A stretch of DNA of 64,000 nucleotides, taken from contig JAGGYH010000025.1 in assembly GCA_021162615.1 (NCBI GenBank), positions 26,364 through 90,363 on the forward strand, in the 5' to 3' direction. The DNA is from Candidatus Aminicenantes bacterium (GTDB taxonomy: Bacteria > Acidobacteriota > Aminicenantia > Aminicenantales > Aminicenantaceae). Below the pieces are notes generated by a model. That model was given only the letters and a program-made list of their open reading frames with translations. It searched no databases and had not been told where the DNA came from. A program made the position numbers and the translations under genes. Each line of letters begins with the position of its first letter. The stretch's first letter is position 1. This document shows positions 47,653 through 58,561 of this stretch, piece by piece.

Positions 47653-49332
47653 TCATTCTTTCTTAATGATCACTGCAGTCATATCATCCATTCTGTCTGC
47701 TCCGGATATGAATTCATTAAGATGTTTCAATAACCCATCTATGATTTCTGACGGTTTCTGTCTTCTATGGCTTATAATAAAATCTCTCAAACCCTTTTCC
47801 CCAAACTCCTCGTTTTTTTTATTCCGGCTCTCCGTAATCCCATCCGTATAAAAGACAATAATTTCTCCGGGAGCTAAATGCCCTTTTCTTTTTTCATACG
47901 AGACAGAAGGAAACATCCCCAGGCTCAGGCCGCAGGTTTCCAGACAAGATATCCTGCCTTTTTTATCTATAAGAAAAGGAGGATTATGCCCTGCATTGAC
48001 ATATATAAAATCTCCGTTTCTTTTATTCAGTTCTAAAAAGAAAAATGTGATAAATGAATTGATGTCCGAGCTTTTATTGACAAAATCATTCAATCGGCAA
48101 GCCATGCCCTCTACTGATGAATCTTTACTGACTTCTGAATAAAGGGAGGCTCTTAAAGAAGCCATTAATAACGAAGCCCCCACGCCTTTTCCGGAAACAT
48201 CAGCAATGGTGATCCCAATACGATCCTCATCGATAAGAATATAATCGTAATAATCTCCTCCTACCTGCTGGCAGGGAATGTTGATCCCTGAAACTTGGTA
48301 TCCTTCTATTTCCGGATCTTTTTTGGGAAGAAAATCTCTTTGTATTTTAGCAGCCAGGTCCAGTTCTTTTTCCATTTTCTCTTTTTCTATTGACTTGTCG
48401 ATCAACCTTGAGTTCTCAATCTTCACAGCAGCCAGGTTAGACAACAGCGTCAGAAGTTTCAGGTCTTCTTCATTGAACTGCTTGCTTAAGGATATGCGGT
48501 CTGAATATATGATTCCAATGATTTCCTTATTGTTCCATAAAGGGACACACATAGCTGAACTTATATTAAACCGTATGACACTTTCCTGGGCTTTAAACCT
48601 GGGATCCGCCTGAACGTCAGAAACTAAGATTGAAGAATGTTTGTTCACCGCCATGTCAACAATACTCTGGCTGACATTTATCTTTTTATTCACTAGGCTG
48701 GTGTTGTTGACGCGTATGACTTTCGGTATAAACTGAACAGGATTCCCCTCTTTTATCATGAGAACTCCTCTATCCATGGGCAGGTTCTCACATATTAAAT
48801 CCATAATATGTTCCAACAATTCACTGAGAGGTTTGTGCAGCACGAGAGTCCTGCTTACTTCACTGATGACAGACAGGGATTTATGTTCCTTTTTGATTTT
48901 CTCGATATCAAAGCCTTTCTCTTTGGCTTCTATGGTGGTGCTTAACTCCGGTTTTCTCAGTATATCTTCAAGATGCATTATGGTATTGACATTGACAGAA
49001 GAGGAAGGGGAATCCGTAAATTCAACATTAGTGGACAGCTTCTTATTAAATACAATCCTTGTCGAACCAATAAGGATCTCATCGCCTTCTTTGAGCCTGA
49101 CTTCAGATTTAATCTTCTCTCCGTTTAAAAAAGTTCCGTTTTTGCTGTCATTATCCTTGAGTATAAAGTCTTTCCCCAACCTGTCTATTCGGGCATGAAA
49201 GCCTGAACAAAAGGGGTCAGGAATTGATATATCATTATCACTTGACCTGCCCATAGAAACTTTGTCTTCCGTAAAGTCAAAAGAAAAGGGATCTCCTGCT
49301 TTTTGATAAACAAACAACTGGATTTCTTTCAT
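47653..49332 (-). CDS. FHA-GAF-PP2C (SpoIIE/RsbU-type) phosphatase
   Basis: N-terminal FHA (GRSSDNDISI...SGFHARI...SKNGTFLNG), a central GAF-sized region, and a C-terminus with GGDYYDY, ADVSGKG, TDGITE. Confidence 0.8.
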   Translation of the reverse strand: MKEIQLFVYQKAGDPFSFDFTEDKVSMGRSSDNDISIPDPFCSGFHARIDRLGKDFILKDNDSKNGTFLNGEKIKSEVRLKEGDEILIGSTRIVFNKKLSTNVEFTDSPSSSVNVNTIMHLEDILRKPELSTTIEAKEKGFDIEKIKKEHKSLSVISEVSRTLVLHKPLSELLEHIMDLICENLPMDRGVLMIKEGNPVQFIPKVIRVNNTSLVNKKINVSQSIVDMAVNKHSSILVSDVQADPRFKAQESVIRFNISSAMCVPLWNNKEIIGIIYSDRISLSKQFNEEDLKLLTLLSNLAAVKIENSRLIDKSIEKEKMEKELDLAAKIQRDFLPKKDPEIEGYQVSGINIPCQQVGGDYYDYILIDEDRIGITIADVSGKGVGASLLMASLRASLYSEVSKDSSVEGMACRLNDFVNKSSDINSFITFFFLELNKRNGDFIYVNAGHNPPFLIDKKGRISCLETCGLSLGMFPSVSYEKRKGHLAPGEIIVFYTDGITESRNKKNEEFGEKGLRDFIISHRRQKPSEIIDGLLKHLNEFISGADRMDDMTAVIIKKE

Positions 49333-49402
49333 CGGCCCATTAAATTATAGCCTTATCCCATCTTAAATTTCAAGAAAACCCGAAAATATTATATAATCTA
49401 TC

Positions 49403-49477
49403 TTAACCTGGATGATGAATAAAAAAATAAACATCGCCGTTTTTTTATGAATAGTTCAGGTTAATAGTTCAGGTTAA
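49403..49477 (+). repeat. Minimal MITE copy (End-A fused to End-B) with 13-bp tandem terminal duplication
   Basis: TTAACCTGGATGATGAA...CATCGCCGTTTTTTTATGAATAGTTCAGGTTAA (49403-49464). TAGTTCAGGTTAA is repeated at 49465-49477. Confidence 0.8.
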
Positions 49478-49498
49478 AAACGAAAGCGACTCTTAGCT

Positions 49499-50725
49499 AT
49501 GTTTGATCTAAAAAATGAAAATGATTTTACATCCATAAGAGAGCAGTTCCCTGTTTTAAAAAATTGTGTTTACCTTATCAGTAATTCCCTGGGCGCTGTT
49601 CCCAGAAAAGTCAAAGCAGGGCTGGAACATTACTATAATCTGTGGTCCAAACAAGGAGTCAATGCCTGGAAAAAAGAATGGTGGGATTTATCAAAAACAA
49701 TAAGCACAAAGATCCAGGAACTTTTGAAAGCAGAAAAAGACAGCATCACCATGACCTCCAATGCAACCATCTCTCACTGGATGGCTCTGTCCACTCAGTT
49801 TAACAATAAGGATGGCAAAAGGAACAGAATCATCATGACTGACCTGGATTTTCCTTCTTCCATATATGCTGTCTCAAAAATTGCTGAATCCATGGGATGG
49901 AAACTGGAGATAATCAAAAGTAAAAAACCCTCTTATTTGGAGACAGAAAAAATCACAGAAAGAATAGATGATACCACTTTATTTGTTGCCACTTCTCATG
50001 TGTGTTTCAAAAGCTCTTTTATCCAGGATATTCAATCAATAGCTGAAAAGGCATCTCAAGTCGGTGCAAAGACGATTATTGACGGATATCACGCACCGGG
50101 GATCATTCCTGTTCATCTTAAAAAAGCAGGAATAGATTTTTATATCGGAGGCTGTCTTAAATGGCTTTGCGGGGGGCCGGGGAATGCTTTCTTATATGTC
50201 AATCCAGAGTTGGCAGAAAAAATCCAACCCTCTCTCACTGGGTGGATGGCTCATGAGAATCCCTTCAAATTTGATCTTGATTTAAAATACACATCAGGAT
50301 CTTACCGGTTCATGTCAGGAACTCCGCCCATTGCCTGCCTTTACACAGCCGCGGCCGGACTTGATATCATAAAGAACATAGGAATAAAAAACATCAGAGA
50401 TAAATCCACGTCCATGACTCAATGGATCATAAATAAAGCCAAAGAAAGAAATTTTTCGATTCATTCTCCTTTAAAAAAAGAGCTCAGAGGAGGAGCTGTT
50501 TCAATAAACCTCCCTTATGCTTTTCAAGTCAAACAAGCACTTGATCAAAAAAAAATACTGGTGGATTTCAGGAAAGGCCGCACAGACAATGAAGATGTTA
50601 TCCGTATCGGTCCTCATTTTTATAATAAAAAAGGGGAAGTTGATGTCTTGTTTGAACAAATAGATGACATCTATTCTTCTGGATACTACCGGAAATTTTC
50701 AAAAACAATAAGCCATGTCACATAA
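49499..50725 (+). CDS. Class V aminotransferase-fold PLP enzyme, kynureninase-like
   Basis: The N-terminal pattern FPVL...VYLISNSLGAVP...W...W and the length resemble the kynureninase family. Assignment is tentative. Confidence 0.55.
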   Translation: MFDLKNENDFTSIREQFPVLKNCVYLISNSLGAVPRKVKAGLEHYYNLWSKQGVNAWKKEWWDLSKTISTKIQELLKAEKDSITMTSNATISHWMALSTQFNNKDGKRNRIIMTDLDFPSSIYAVSKIAESMGWKLEIIKSKKPSYLETEKITERIDDTTLFVATSHVCFKSSFIQDIQSIAEKASQVGAKTIIDGYHAPGIIPVHLKKAGIDFYIGGCLKWLCGGPGNAFLYVNPELAEKIQPSLTGWMAHENPFKFDLDLKYTSGSYRFMSGTPPIACLYTAAAGLDIIKNIGIKNIRDKSTSMTQWIINKAKERNFSIHSPLKKELRGGAVSINLPYAFQVKQALDQKKILVDFRKGRTDNEDVIRIGPHFYNKKGEVDVLFEQIDDIYSSGYYRKFSKTISHVT

Positions 50726-50777
50726 AGTTCGGTGACTGTTTATAAAGTATTTCTATTTCTGACAGCCCCTCTCAAAT

Positions 50778-52730
50778 TCATATTCCAATGAATATGAGCC
50801 TGGCAATGAAACTAATGAGCAATGCCACTGAAGTGTTCAACAGAACGGACAGGAAAGCCCACTTTCTTCCTATTTCTTTCCATATTATGGCTACTGTAGA
50901 CAGACACGGAATAAAAAAACTAAGAAATATAGTGAAGACAATGATCTGTTGTTGCGATACTACGGTTAAAAGCTGGCTGTAACCGACTCCCAAAGCCTGA
51001 AGCATCATGATAAGAGAGAGTTCCTTCCTTAAAAAACCAAAAATTAATGTGACTCCTAATTCCTCGGGCAATCCAAGAACATGCTCGACAATCGGTGAAA
51101 GAGCGATATTGATGACTCTATCTACATGAAAAAATTGAAAAAGGCCCAGCACCACACTTCCTGCGATCAAAATAGGCCATGCAAATCCAATAAAAGACTT
51201 TAATTGAAAATATACTTTCTTAAGGACATTTGAGATAGAAGGGACTTTTAAAGACGGTATCTCAAGGATAAGACCCGGAGACTGTGTTTTAAAAAACAGT
51301 GAGATCACCCTTCCTAAAACAGCCACAAGGAGCATATTGAAGAGATAAAAACCCACAGCCCATAAAGGCCCTACATAAAAAGCGATCAGCGCCAGGATAA
51401 TAGTGGTCCTTGCAGAACAGGGAATAAAAGGAATCAACAACGTGGTGATGATTTTATCCCGCCTAGATTCAAGGATCCGTGTTGAGACGACTGCAGGGAC
51501 ATTGCATCCGAAACCAAGCATAAAAGGCGAAACGGATTTTCCATGAAGCCCTATCTTATGCATCAGTGTATCCATCAAGAATCCAACCCTTGATAAATAT
51601 CCGATATCCTCAAGAAAAGACATCAACAGAAGCAAAGGAATGAAATAAGGAAGCACAATGGCTATTCCGCCTCCTATTCCCTGTATAAGACCATCCGCTA
51701 AATAAAACAAAATCCCTTTTCCCAAGAAATCGGATAAAACGCCTCTTAATGCGGTTAAAGGGGCTAGAAGCAATTCCTCGATCGGGCTTGCTACTACAAA
51801 AATGATCAGAAAAAAACTGATAAACACACCGAGCAAGATAAAATAACCCAAGAATGGATGCATAAGGATATCATCAATTCTCTCTGCAAAGCTCGCTTTT
51901 TTCCTCCGGGTTACCTTACAGCAATCTTCAAACATTTTAAAGGCAAGGTGATGCCTTTCTGCAGCAATGACCTCATATGCGGGCGCATCATGATTCCTTT
52001 GAAGCTCCTCCCTTGCATTGTCTATGCTGTTTTTTAAAGGAAGGCTTATTTCCTGGATCATCCGGTTAAAAGACGGCCTGTCCAGCTCTATGGATTTAAT
52101 AGCTGTGAATCTATTATTGGCTACGGATTTAAATTCATCCGGAATGAATTCTTCCACTTCCTTAATTTTATCTTCTACGTCCTTGGACCAGACCAGTCTC
52201 TTCGGTTTCAAACCTTCATCAAGACAAGATATGGCTCTATCCAGCAGCTCTTTAACTCCCCTTCCATGAGAAGCAATAGTGGAAACGACAGGAATTCCGA
52301 GCATTTCTTCTAACTTTTCCGGATCTATTTCTATCCCCTTTTTCTCCGCCATGTCTATCATGTTCAATGCCAGCACCATCGGATATTCCAGTTCCATCAG
52401 TTCCAGTGTCATCTCTAAGCTTCTTCCGAGTATGGAAGCGTCCACAACATTTATTACCAGATCAGGTTTTTCAACAAAGAGATGTGTGAGGGCCACCTTT
52501 TCTGCCTCATCCGCAGGATTGAGAGAATAAGTCCCCGGCAGATCTATGATATTGAACAATCTTCCTCTGACACTGACTTTGCTGTGCGTGTGCTTGACAG
52601 TCGTTCCTGGAAAATTCGATGTGACGGCTTTAAGCCCTGCAATAAAATTAAAAAGCGTACTTTTCCCACAGTTAGGCTGGCCGATGAAAACTATATCAGG
52701 AATGCCCTCTTTTTTATTCAACAAAGTCAA
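50778..52730 (-). CDS. feoB: Ferrous iron transporter B
   Basis: N-terminal GTPase (GQPNCGKST, DLPGTYS) plus a polytopic membrane domain. Confidence 0.9.
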   Translation of the reverse strand: MTLLNKKEGIPDIVFIGQPNCGKSTLFNFIAGLKAVTSNFPGTTVKHTHSKVSVRGRLFNIIDLPGTYSLNPADEAEKVALTHLFVEKPDLVINVVDASILGRSLEMTLELMELEYPMVLALNMIDMAEKKGIEIDPEKLEEMLGIPVVSTIASHGRGVKELLDRAISCLDEGLKPKRLVWSKDVEDKIKEVEEFIPDEFKSVANNRFTAIKSIELDRPSFNRMIQEISLPLKNSIDNAREELQRNHDAPAYEVIAAERHHLAFKMFEDCCKVTRRKKASFAERIDDILMHPFLGYFILLGVFISFFLIIFVVASPIEELLLAPLTALRGVLSDFLGKGILFYLADGLIQGIGGGIAIVLPYFIPLLLLMSFLEDIGYLSRVGFLMDTLMHKIGLHGKSVSPFMLGFGCNVPAVVSTRILESRRDKIITTLLIPFIPCSARTTIILALIAFYVGPLWAVGFYLFNMLLVAVLGRVISLFFKTQSPGLILEIPSLKVPSISNVLKKVYFQLKSFIGFAWPILIAGSVVLGLFQFFHVDRVINIALSPIVEHVLGLPEELGVTLIFGFLRKELSLIMMLQALGVGYSQLLTVVSQQQIIVFTIFLSFFIPCLSTVAIIWKEIGRKWAFLSVLLNTSVALLISFIARLIFIGI

Positions 52731-52950
52731 CCATGATTTTGCTGGCGATCCCTCTCCCGATGGCTACAGAGGTCCCTGTCGTATTGTTTCTTATAAGCAC
52801 CGGCCCTCTGAACATGCTTCGGGAATCCAGCTCCACGATATCATCCTTATGGATCCCCAAAGAGAAAAGCCTTCTTCGCACTTCAGCTCCCCCGGATATA
52901 TTGGTTATTCTTAATTGTTTTCTCCGGGGCGAATTTATTAAACTCATCAT
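52714..52950 (-). CDS. feoA: FeoA family protein
   Basis: 78-aa SH3-like protein overlapping the feoB start. GIHKDDIVEL and VAIGRGIASKI blocks. Confidence 0.8.
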   Translation of the reverse strand: MMSLINSPRRKQLRITNISGGAEVRRRLFSLGIHKDDIVELDSRSMFRGPVLIRNNTTGTSVAIGRGIASKIMVDFVE

Positions 52951-53076
52951 TTGATCTATCCATGTCTTAAAAGTTAACTAGTGATGATAAAAGAAGCAGA
53001 AAAAAAATTCAAGGGGTTAACTGAATAATATACCACAACTTTAATTGACAACCAAGCCCTATATCTGTTAAAAATT

Positions 53077-55695
53077 ATGCAAATGTTCAACACACTCTTA
53101 AGCAAGATATTCGGCACTAAGACCGAACGGGATATAAAAAAACTCCAACCCTTTGTAGCGGCCGTGAATGACCTTGAAACGGAAATCAAAAATCTGAGCG
53201 ACCAGCAGCTTAGAGAAAAAACAAATGAATTCAAGAATAAAATAAGCAACGGAGCCTCTTTAGATGACATCCTCTTTGAAGCCTTTGCTGTTGTAAGGGA
53301 AGCAGCAAAGAGAAAAGTCCATATGAGGCCCTTTGATGTGCAAATTATAGGCGGAGTGGTTCTCCATCAGGGCAAAATAGCAGAGATGAAAACAGGAGAA
53401 GGAAAAACCCTGGTAGCTACTCTTCCTGCTTATCTTAACGCACTTGAAAAAAATGGCAGTGTTCATATAGTCACGGTCAATGATTATCTGGCAAAAAGAG
53501 ATGCAGAGTGGATGGGGCCTATTTATAAAACCCTTGGATTAGAAGTCGGTATTATACAGCATGACATGAATGAAATCGACAGGCAAGACGCCTATGAAAA
53601 AGATATCACATACGGAACAAATAATGAATTCGGTTTCGACTATCTCAGAGATAATATGAAATTTCGCCTTATGGATATCGTCCAGAAAGAACATAAATTC
53701 GCAATTCTTGACGAAGTCGACAGCATTCTAATAGACGAGGCCAGAACTCCCCTTATCATATCCGGTCCAACCGAAGATTCGACCTCCATATATTACAAAA
53801 TCAACAACTTGGTGAAAAAACTGGATAAATCCAGAGATTATCAAATAGACGAAAAAACAAGAACGGCTGTTCTTACAGAGGATGGAGTGGAGCATGCAGA
53901 AAAATCTCTTCATATAGATAACCTGTATGACATCAAACATATGGACCTGATCCACGCCATTAATCAAGCACTGAAAGCGCATCATCTCTTCAAAAAAGAT
54001 GTCGACTATATGATAAAAGACGGAAAAGTGATCATTGTCGATGAATTTACAGGGAGACTCATGCCTGGAAGGCGGTACAGTGACGGCTTGCATCAGGCAT
54101 TAGAAGCAAAGGAAAATGTCCGAATCGAAGCTGAATACCAAACCCTTGCTTCCATAACATTCCAAAACTATTTCAGAATGTACGAAAAATTAGCCGGTAT
54201 GACCGGAACAGCAACCACAGAAGCTGCTGAGTTCCATTCCCTGTATGACCTTGACGTGGTCGAGATCCCCACTAACAAACCTCTTATACGAAACGAACTT
54301 GATGACCTTATTTACCGAACAGCCAAAGAAAAATGGGATGCTGTGGCCAATGAGATAATAGAAAACAATAAGAAGGGAAGGCCTGTACTAGTGGGGACCA
54401 TTTCTATTGAAAAGTCAGAATACCTCAGTTCCATCCTGAATAAACAACACATCAAACACAATGTCCTCAATGCAAAATATCATGAATCCGAAGCAAAGAT
54501 CATAGCCCAGGCCGGAAGAGTGGGTGCGGTCACTATAGCCACAAATATGGCGGGAAGAGGCGTTGATATTTTATTAGGAGGTAATCCTGATTCCTTAGCC
54601 GAAGACATCCTTAACAGAAAAGGGGACAAAGAAAATAGCGAAGAGGAGGAGCGCCAGAAAGCTCTTCAAAAAGCCCTGTCCATCACAATGCCTGAAAAAG
54701 AAAAAGTTATTTCCCTGGGAGGGCTCCACGTTATAGGTACGGAAAGACACGAAGCCAGAAGAATAGACAATCAATTAAGAGGAAGGTGCGGGAGACAGGG
54801 AGATCCAGGCTCATCCAGATTTTATCTTTCCCTTGAAGATGACCTCATGCGCATCTTTGGAAGTGAAAAAATCTCGGGAATCATGACCAGAGTCGGGATG
54901 GAAGAAGGAATCCCTATTGAACACAAAATGGTCACCAAAGCCATTGAGAGAGCGCAAAAACAAGTGGAAGCCCGTAACTTTTCCATAAGAAAGCATCTTC
55001 TTGAATACGATGATGTGATGAACAAACAGAGAGAGTCGATCTATTCACAGAGAAAAGAAATCCTCCAAGGAAAAAATATGAAGGAATACCTGCAGGAAAT
55101 CAGACTCAATATAGTCGACTGGATAATGGACACCAACACCAACGAAGATAAATCTCCGGATGATTGGAATATCGAAGGTTTTACAAGTGCTATAAAGGCT
55201 CAGTTCGGGTTGGACGTCGATGAATTAGAAATCAATTGGGAAACCATCAATTTCCAAGAACTTCATGAAAAAACAATAAACGCCTTAAATGAGATTTATG
55301 AAGAAAAAGAAAGAATGATCTCACCCGAGAGGATGAGGGAATTCGAGAGAATCATAATGCTTCAAGTGATTGATTCTCAATGGAAAGACCATCTGCTTGC
55401 CATGGACCATTTAAAAGAAGGCATAGGCCTGAGAGGATACGGACAAAGAGATCCTCTTGTTGAGTATAAAAGAGAAAGCTATGATATGTTTCAAGCAATG
55501 ATGGATAGGATCGAAGAGGAAACACTAAAGTTTCTGTTTTTACTTCAGCCTGTTGAAAAAGAAGAAATGCCGGAAAGAAAAGAACAAGAGATCTACTATA
55601 AAAAACCTCAGACTTCCCCGACAAGACAGGGTAAAAAGGCACGCTCTGTAATCCCTAAGAAGAGAAAAAAGGGCAAGAGAAAAAAAATAAAATAA
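53077..55695 (+). CDS. secA: Preprotein translocase ATPase SecA
   Basis: [18 protein letters not shown]-terminus, MKTGEGKT Walker A, DEVDS, and a basic C-terminal tail. The start could be the second ATG at 53083. Confidence 0.95.
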   Translation: MQMFNTLLSKIFGTKTERDIKKLQPFVAAVNDLETEIKNLSDQQLREKTNEFKNKISNGASLDDILFEAFAVVREAAKRKVHMRPFDVQIIGGVVLHQGKIAEMKTGEGKTLVATLPAYLNALEKNGSVHIVTVNDYLAKRDAEWMGPIYKTLGLEVGIIQHDMNEIDRQDAYEKDITYGTNNEFGFDYLRDNMKFRLMDIVQKEHKFAILDEVDSILIDEARTPLIISGPTEDSTSIYYKINNLVKKLDKSRDYQIDEKTRTAVLTEDGVEHAEKSLHIDNLYDIKHMDLIHAINQALKAHHLFKKDVDYMIKDGKVIIVDEFTGRLMPGRRYSDGLHQALEAKENVRIEAEYQTLASITFQNYFRMYEKLAGMTGTATTEAAEFHSLYDLDVVEIPTNKPLIRNELDDLIYRTAKEKWDAVANEIIENNKKGRPVLVGTISIEKSEYLSSILNKQHIKHNVLNAKYHESEAKIIAQAGRVGAVTIATNMAGRGVDILLGGNPDSLAEDILNRKGDKENSEEEERQKALQKALSITMPEKEKVISLGGLHVIGTERHEARRIDNQLRGRCGRQGDPGSSRFYLSLEDDLMRIFGSEKISGIMTRVGMEEGIPIEHKMVTKAIERAQKQVEARNFSIRKHLLEYDDVMNKQRESIYSQRKEILQGKNMKEYLQEIRLNIVDWIMDTNTNEDKSPDDWNIEGFTSAIKAQFGLDVDELEINWETINFQELHEKTINALNEIYEEKERMISPERMREFERIIMLQVIDSQWKDHLLAMDHLKEGIGLRGYGQRDPLVEYKRESYDMFQAMMDRIEEETLKFLFLLQPVEKEEMPERKEQEIYYKKPQTSPTRQGKKARSVIPKKRKKGKRKKIK

Positions 55696-55706
55696 GGAGA
55701 AAAAGA

Positions 55707-57170
55707 ATGCTGCATAAAGAAATATTAGAAGGTCTGACATTCGATGACGTGCTGATAATGCCTGCAAAGTCAAATATTCTTCCGGCTGAGGTTGATGTAA
55801 CAACGAAACTGAGCCGTAATATTGGTTTATCCATGCCCATAATCAGCTCTGCAATGGATATGGTAACGGAATCCAAGATGGCTATTGCCCTGGCCCAAAA
55901 CGGCGGGATAGGGATCATCCACAAAAATATGCCCATTGATAAACAGGCCGAAGAGGTGGATAAAGTAAAGCGTCATGAAAGCGGAATGATTGTAAACCCA
56001 ATAACCATGAAGCCTCAGGATAAGATATATGAAGCTAAAGAAGTCATGAAAAAATATCAAATCTCCGGGCTTCCCATAACAGATGAGAACAATAAATTAT
56101 TGGGCATCCTTACAAACCGGGATATCCGGTTTGAAACACGCCTCAATCTTGCCATAGAAAAAATAATGACCAGAGAACTGATCACGGTTCCGCTTGGAAC
56201 CTCTATCGAAGAGGCGAAAAGGCTTTTTCATAAACATAAAATCGAAAAAATCCTCATGGTTGATGAGAAATTCCATTTGAAAGGATTGATAACGTATAAA
56301 GATATCCTTAAGCGGATTAAATATCCTCATGCATGCAAGGATAAACTCGGACAGCTTAGAGTAGGAGCAGCCATTGGAATTGCTGAAAACACCATAGAAA
56401 GAGCCGCTGAACTCACCCATGCAAAAAGTGATGTGCTCGTGGTTGACACAGCGCACGGGCATTCACAGAAAGTCCTGGACACGATCAAAATATTAAGAAA
56501 TAAGTTTCCGGATGTAGAGCTTATTGCCGGCAATATAGCAACGGCAGAAGCTGCCAAAGATCTCATAAAACTCGATGTAGATGCCGTGAAAGTCGGAGTC
56601 GGTCCCGGATCTATCTGTACGACTCGAATCATATCCGGCGCCGGTGTCCCGCAAATAACAGCTGTTGCCAATGTTTATCAAGTCACAGAAGCGCATGACA
56701 TTCCTCTCATAGCAGATGGAGGAATTAAATTTTCCGGCGACATCACAAAAGCCATAGTTGCCGGAGCTGATTCAGTCATGATAGGCAATCTCTTAGCTGG
56801 AACTGATGAATCCCCGGGAGAAGTTGTCATTTATCAGGGACGCTCTTATAAAATTTACAGAGGCATGGGATCTCTGGAAGCCATGCGTGAAGGAAGGACC
56901 GGTGATAGGTATTTTCAAGACGCAACTAATAGAGCAAAATTAGTACCTGAAGGCATAGAAGGCCGTGTCCCTAATAAAGGCAGTGTTACTCACATAATAC
57001 AGATGATGGTGGGCGGCCTTAAGGCAGGAATGGGCTATGCTGGCTGCTCTAGCATAAAGGACCTGCAGAAAAAAGCAAAATTTATCAAGATCACATCCGC
57101 AGGAATCAGGGAAAGTCATGTCCACGATGTTATCATTACCAAAGAAGCACCTAACTACCACCTCGACTGA
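55707..57170 (+). CDS. guaB: IMP dehydrogenase
   Basis: LTFDDVL N-terminus, a CBS pair insert, the catalytic [11 protein letters not shown] loop, and [17 protein letters not shown]. Confidence 0.95.
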   Translation: MLHKEILEGLTFDDVLIMPAKSNILPAEVDVTTKLSRNIGLSMPIISSAMDMVTESKMAIALAQNGGIGIIHKNMPIDKQAEEVDKVKRHESGMIVNPITMKPQDKIYEAKEVMKKYQISGLPITDENNKLLGILTNRDIRFETRLNLAIEKIMTRELITVPLGTSIEEAKRLFHKHKIEKILMVDEKFHLKGLITYKDILKRIKYPHACKDKLGQLRVGAAIGIAENTIERAAELTHAKSDVLVVDTAHGHSQKVLDTIKILRNKFPDVELIAGNIATAEAAKDLIKLDVDAVKVGVGPGSICTTRIISGAGVPQITAVANVYQVTEAHDIPLIADGGIKFSGDITKAIVAGADSVMIGNLLAGTDESPGEVVIYQGRSYKIYRGMGSLEAMREGRTGDRYFQDATNRAKLVPEGIEGRVPNKGSVTHIIQMMVGGLKAGMGYAGCSSIKDLQKKAKFIKITSAGIRESHVHDVIITKEAPNYHLD

Positions 57171-57252
57171 TCCTGGTTATTCATAAAATGTGAAAATCAG
57201 ATATGGAAGGCTAAATCTTCAAAATCGCCACGTCCACACCTGAATTTCAGAA
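57171..57252 (-). repeat. MITE copy with short hairpin (End-B-like + fused arms) between convergent guaB and panD
   Basis: The reverse strand reads CTGAAATTCAGGTGTGGACGTGGCGATTTTGAAGATTTAGCCTTCCATATCTGATTTTC followed by TTTATGAATAACCAGGA. The panD stop (57247-57249) lies inside the arm. Confidence 0.75.
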
Positions 57253-57606
57253 TTTGGTCTCTTTGATCTTATTGTCTTTGTCCAGTATCAGTATTTTTGG
57301 CCTGTGAAAGTCAGCTTCCTCGTCACTCATTTGAGAATAGGAAGCAATAATGATTTTATCCCCGATACTGACCTTATGAGCCGCTGCTCCGTTCAGACAC
57401 ACAACTCCGGGCCTTTTTTCATCCTGTATCACATAAGTTATAAATCTTTCTCCGTTCGAAATATTATAGATATGGACCTGTTCAAAAGGAAAAAGATCTG
57501 CCTCTTTAATCAAATCTTTGGCTAAGGTAATACTTCCCTGGTAATTAACATTTTTTTCTGTGACCTTTGCATTATGTATCTTGGATTTAAGCATGATTCT
57601 TATCAT
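57247..57606 (-). CDS. panD: Aspartate 1-decarboxylase
   Basis: MLKSKIH...YQGSITL with the Gly-Ser self-processing site. Confidence 0.9.
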   Translation of the reverse strand: MIRIMLKSKIHNAKVTEKNVNYQGSITLAKDLIKEADLFPFEQVHIYNISNGERFITYVIQDEKRPGVVCLNGAAAHKVSIGDKIIIASYSQMSDEEADFHRPKILILDKDNKIKETKF

Positions 57607-57681
57607 TCTTATGCCTCCTTAATCATCCTACCTGGATCTTTCACAAAAATCATCACCTCATCAAATCGGGATCGATCAAGC

Positions 57682-58524
57682 TTAAACAATCATATTATCT
57701 ATCAATCTAACTTTTCCTATATACACGGCCAAAGCAATAAGTGTCCTTCCTTGCTTTATTTCCATCATGGATTCAAGGGTATTTTTATTGACGATCTCAA
57801 TATAATCTATCTTAGCTGATTTTTCTTTTCCTATCTCATTCCTTATCAAATTGACTACTTCACTTGATTCCCTCTTCCCTCCTCTAACAGCCTCCATCGC
57901 CAACTGAAGGCTTCTGAATAAACATCTGGCAGCTGACCTTTCCTCCTTCTTAAGGAGGCTGTTTCTTGAGCTTAAGGCCACTCCGTCTTTTTCCCTGACA
58001 ATAGGTAGGACTGATATTGCGATATCCATATTGAGGTCTTCAACCATTTTTTTCAAAATAACAGCCTGCTGGGCATCTTTCTGCCCAAAATAGGCTCTAT
58101 CGGGCCCTACAATATGAAACAGCTTCATAACCACGGTACAAACACCCCTGAAATGGCCGGGCCTTGAAGCACCGCACATCACATCCTGCAGGTCTTGCAC
58201 TTCAACATATGTTCTGTATTCATTCGGATACATATCACTGTCCTTAGGAGTGAACAAATAATCCACTCCCTCCTCGTCCAGTATCTCTGCATCTTTGTCC
58301 AGGTCCCTGGGATATTGTTCAAAATCTTCATTCGGACCGAATTGAGTGGGATTTACATACACACTCACCACAGTACAGTCTGTCCTTTTAACAGCTTCTC
58401 TGACCAGACTCAAATGCCCTTCATGTAAATACCCCATAGTGGGGACAAAACCTATGGACTCCCTTTCATGCCGGTGTCTTCGCATTTCCTTCTTCATTTC
58501 CTCAATGCTTTGTATCACTTTCAT
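57682..58524 (-). CDS. panC: Pantoate--beta-alanine ligase
   Basis: GFVPTMGYLHEGHLSL and FGQKDAQQ blocks. Confidence 0.95.
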   Translation of the reverse strand: MKVIQSIEEMKKEMRRHRHERESIGFVPTMGYLHEGHLSLVREAVKRTDCTVVSVYVNPTQFGPNEDFEQYPRDLDKDAEILDEEGVDYLFTPKDSDMYPNEYRTYVEVQDLQDVMCGASRPGHFRGVCTVVMKLFHIVGPDRAYFGQKDAQQAVILKKMVEDLNMDIAISVLPIVREKDGVALSSRNSLLKKEERSAARCLFRSLQLAMEAVRGGKRESSEVVNLIRNEIGKEKSAKIDYIEIVNKNTLESMMEIKQGRTLIALAVYIGKVRLIDNMIV

Positions 58525-58561
58525 GATTGTTTCCTGCTCTCTTAAAAAAACTTTCGAAGCC

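Noticed and set aside
52951-53076. Fur box upstream of feoA, and a leaderless secA start
   Set aside because: There are only partial matches (TGATGATAAAAG) to the GATAATGATAATCATTATC-type consensus I recall. The secA -10 candidate (TTAAAA) is weak and the start codon is ambiguous (53077 versus 53083). This is mentioned only as a parallel under the uvrB finding.
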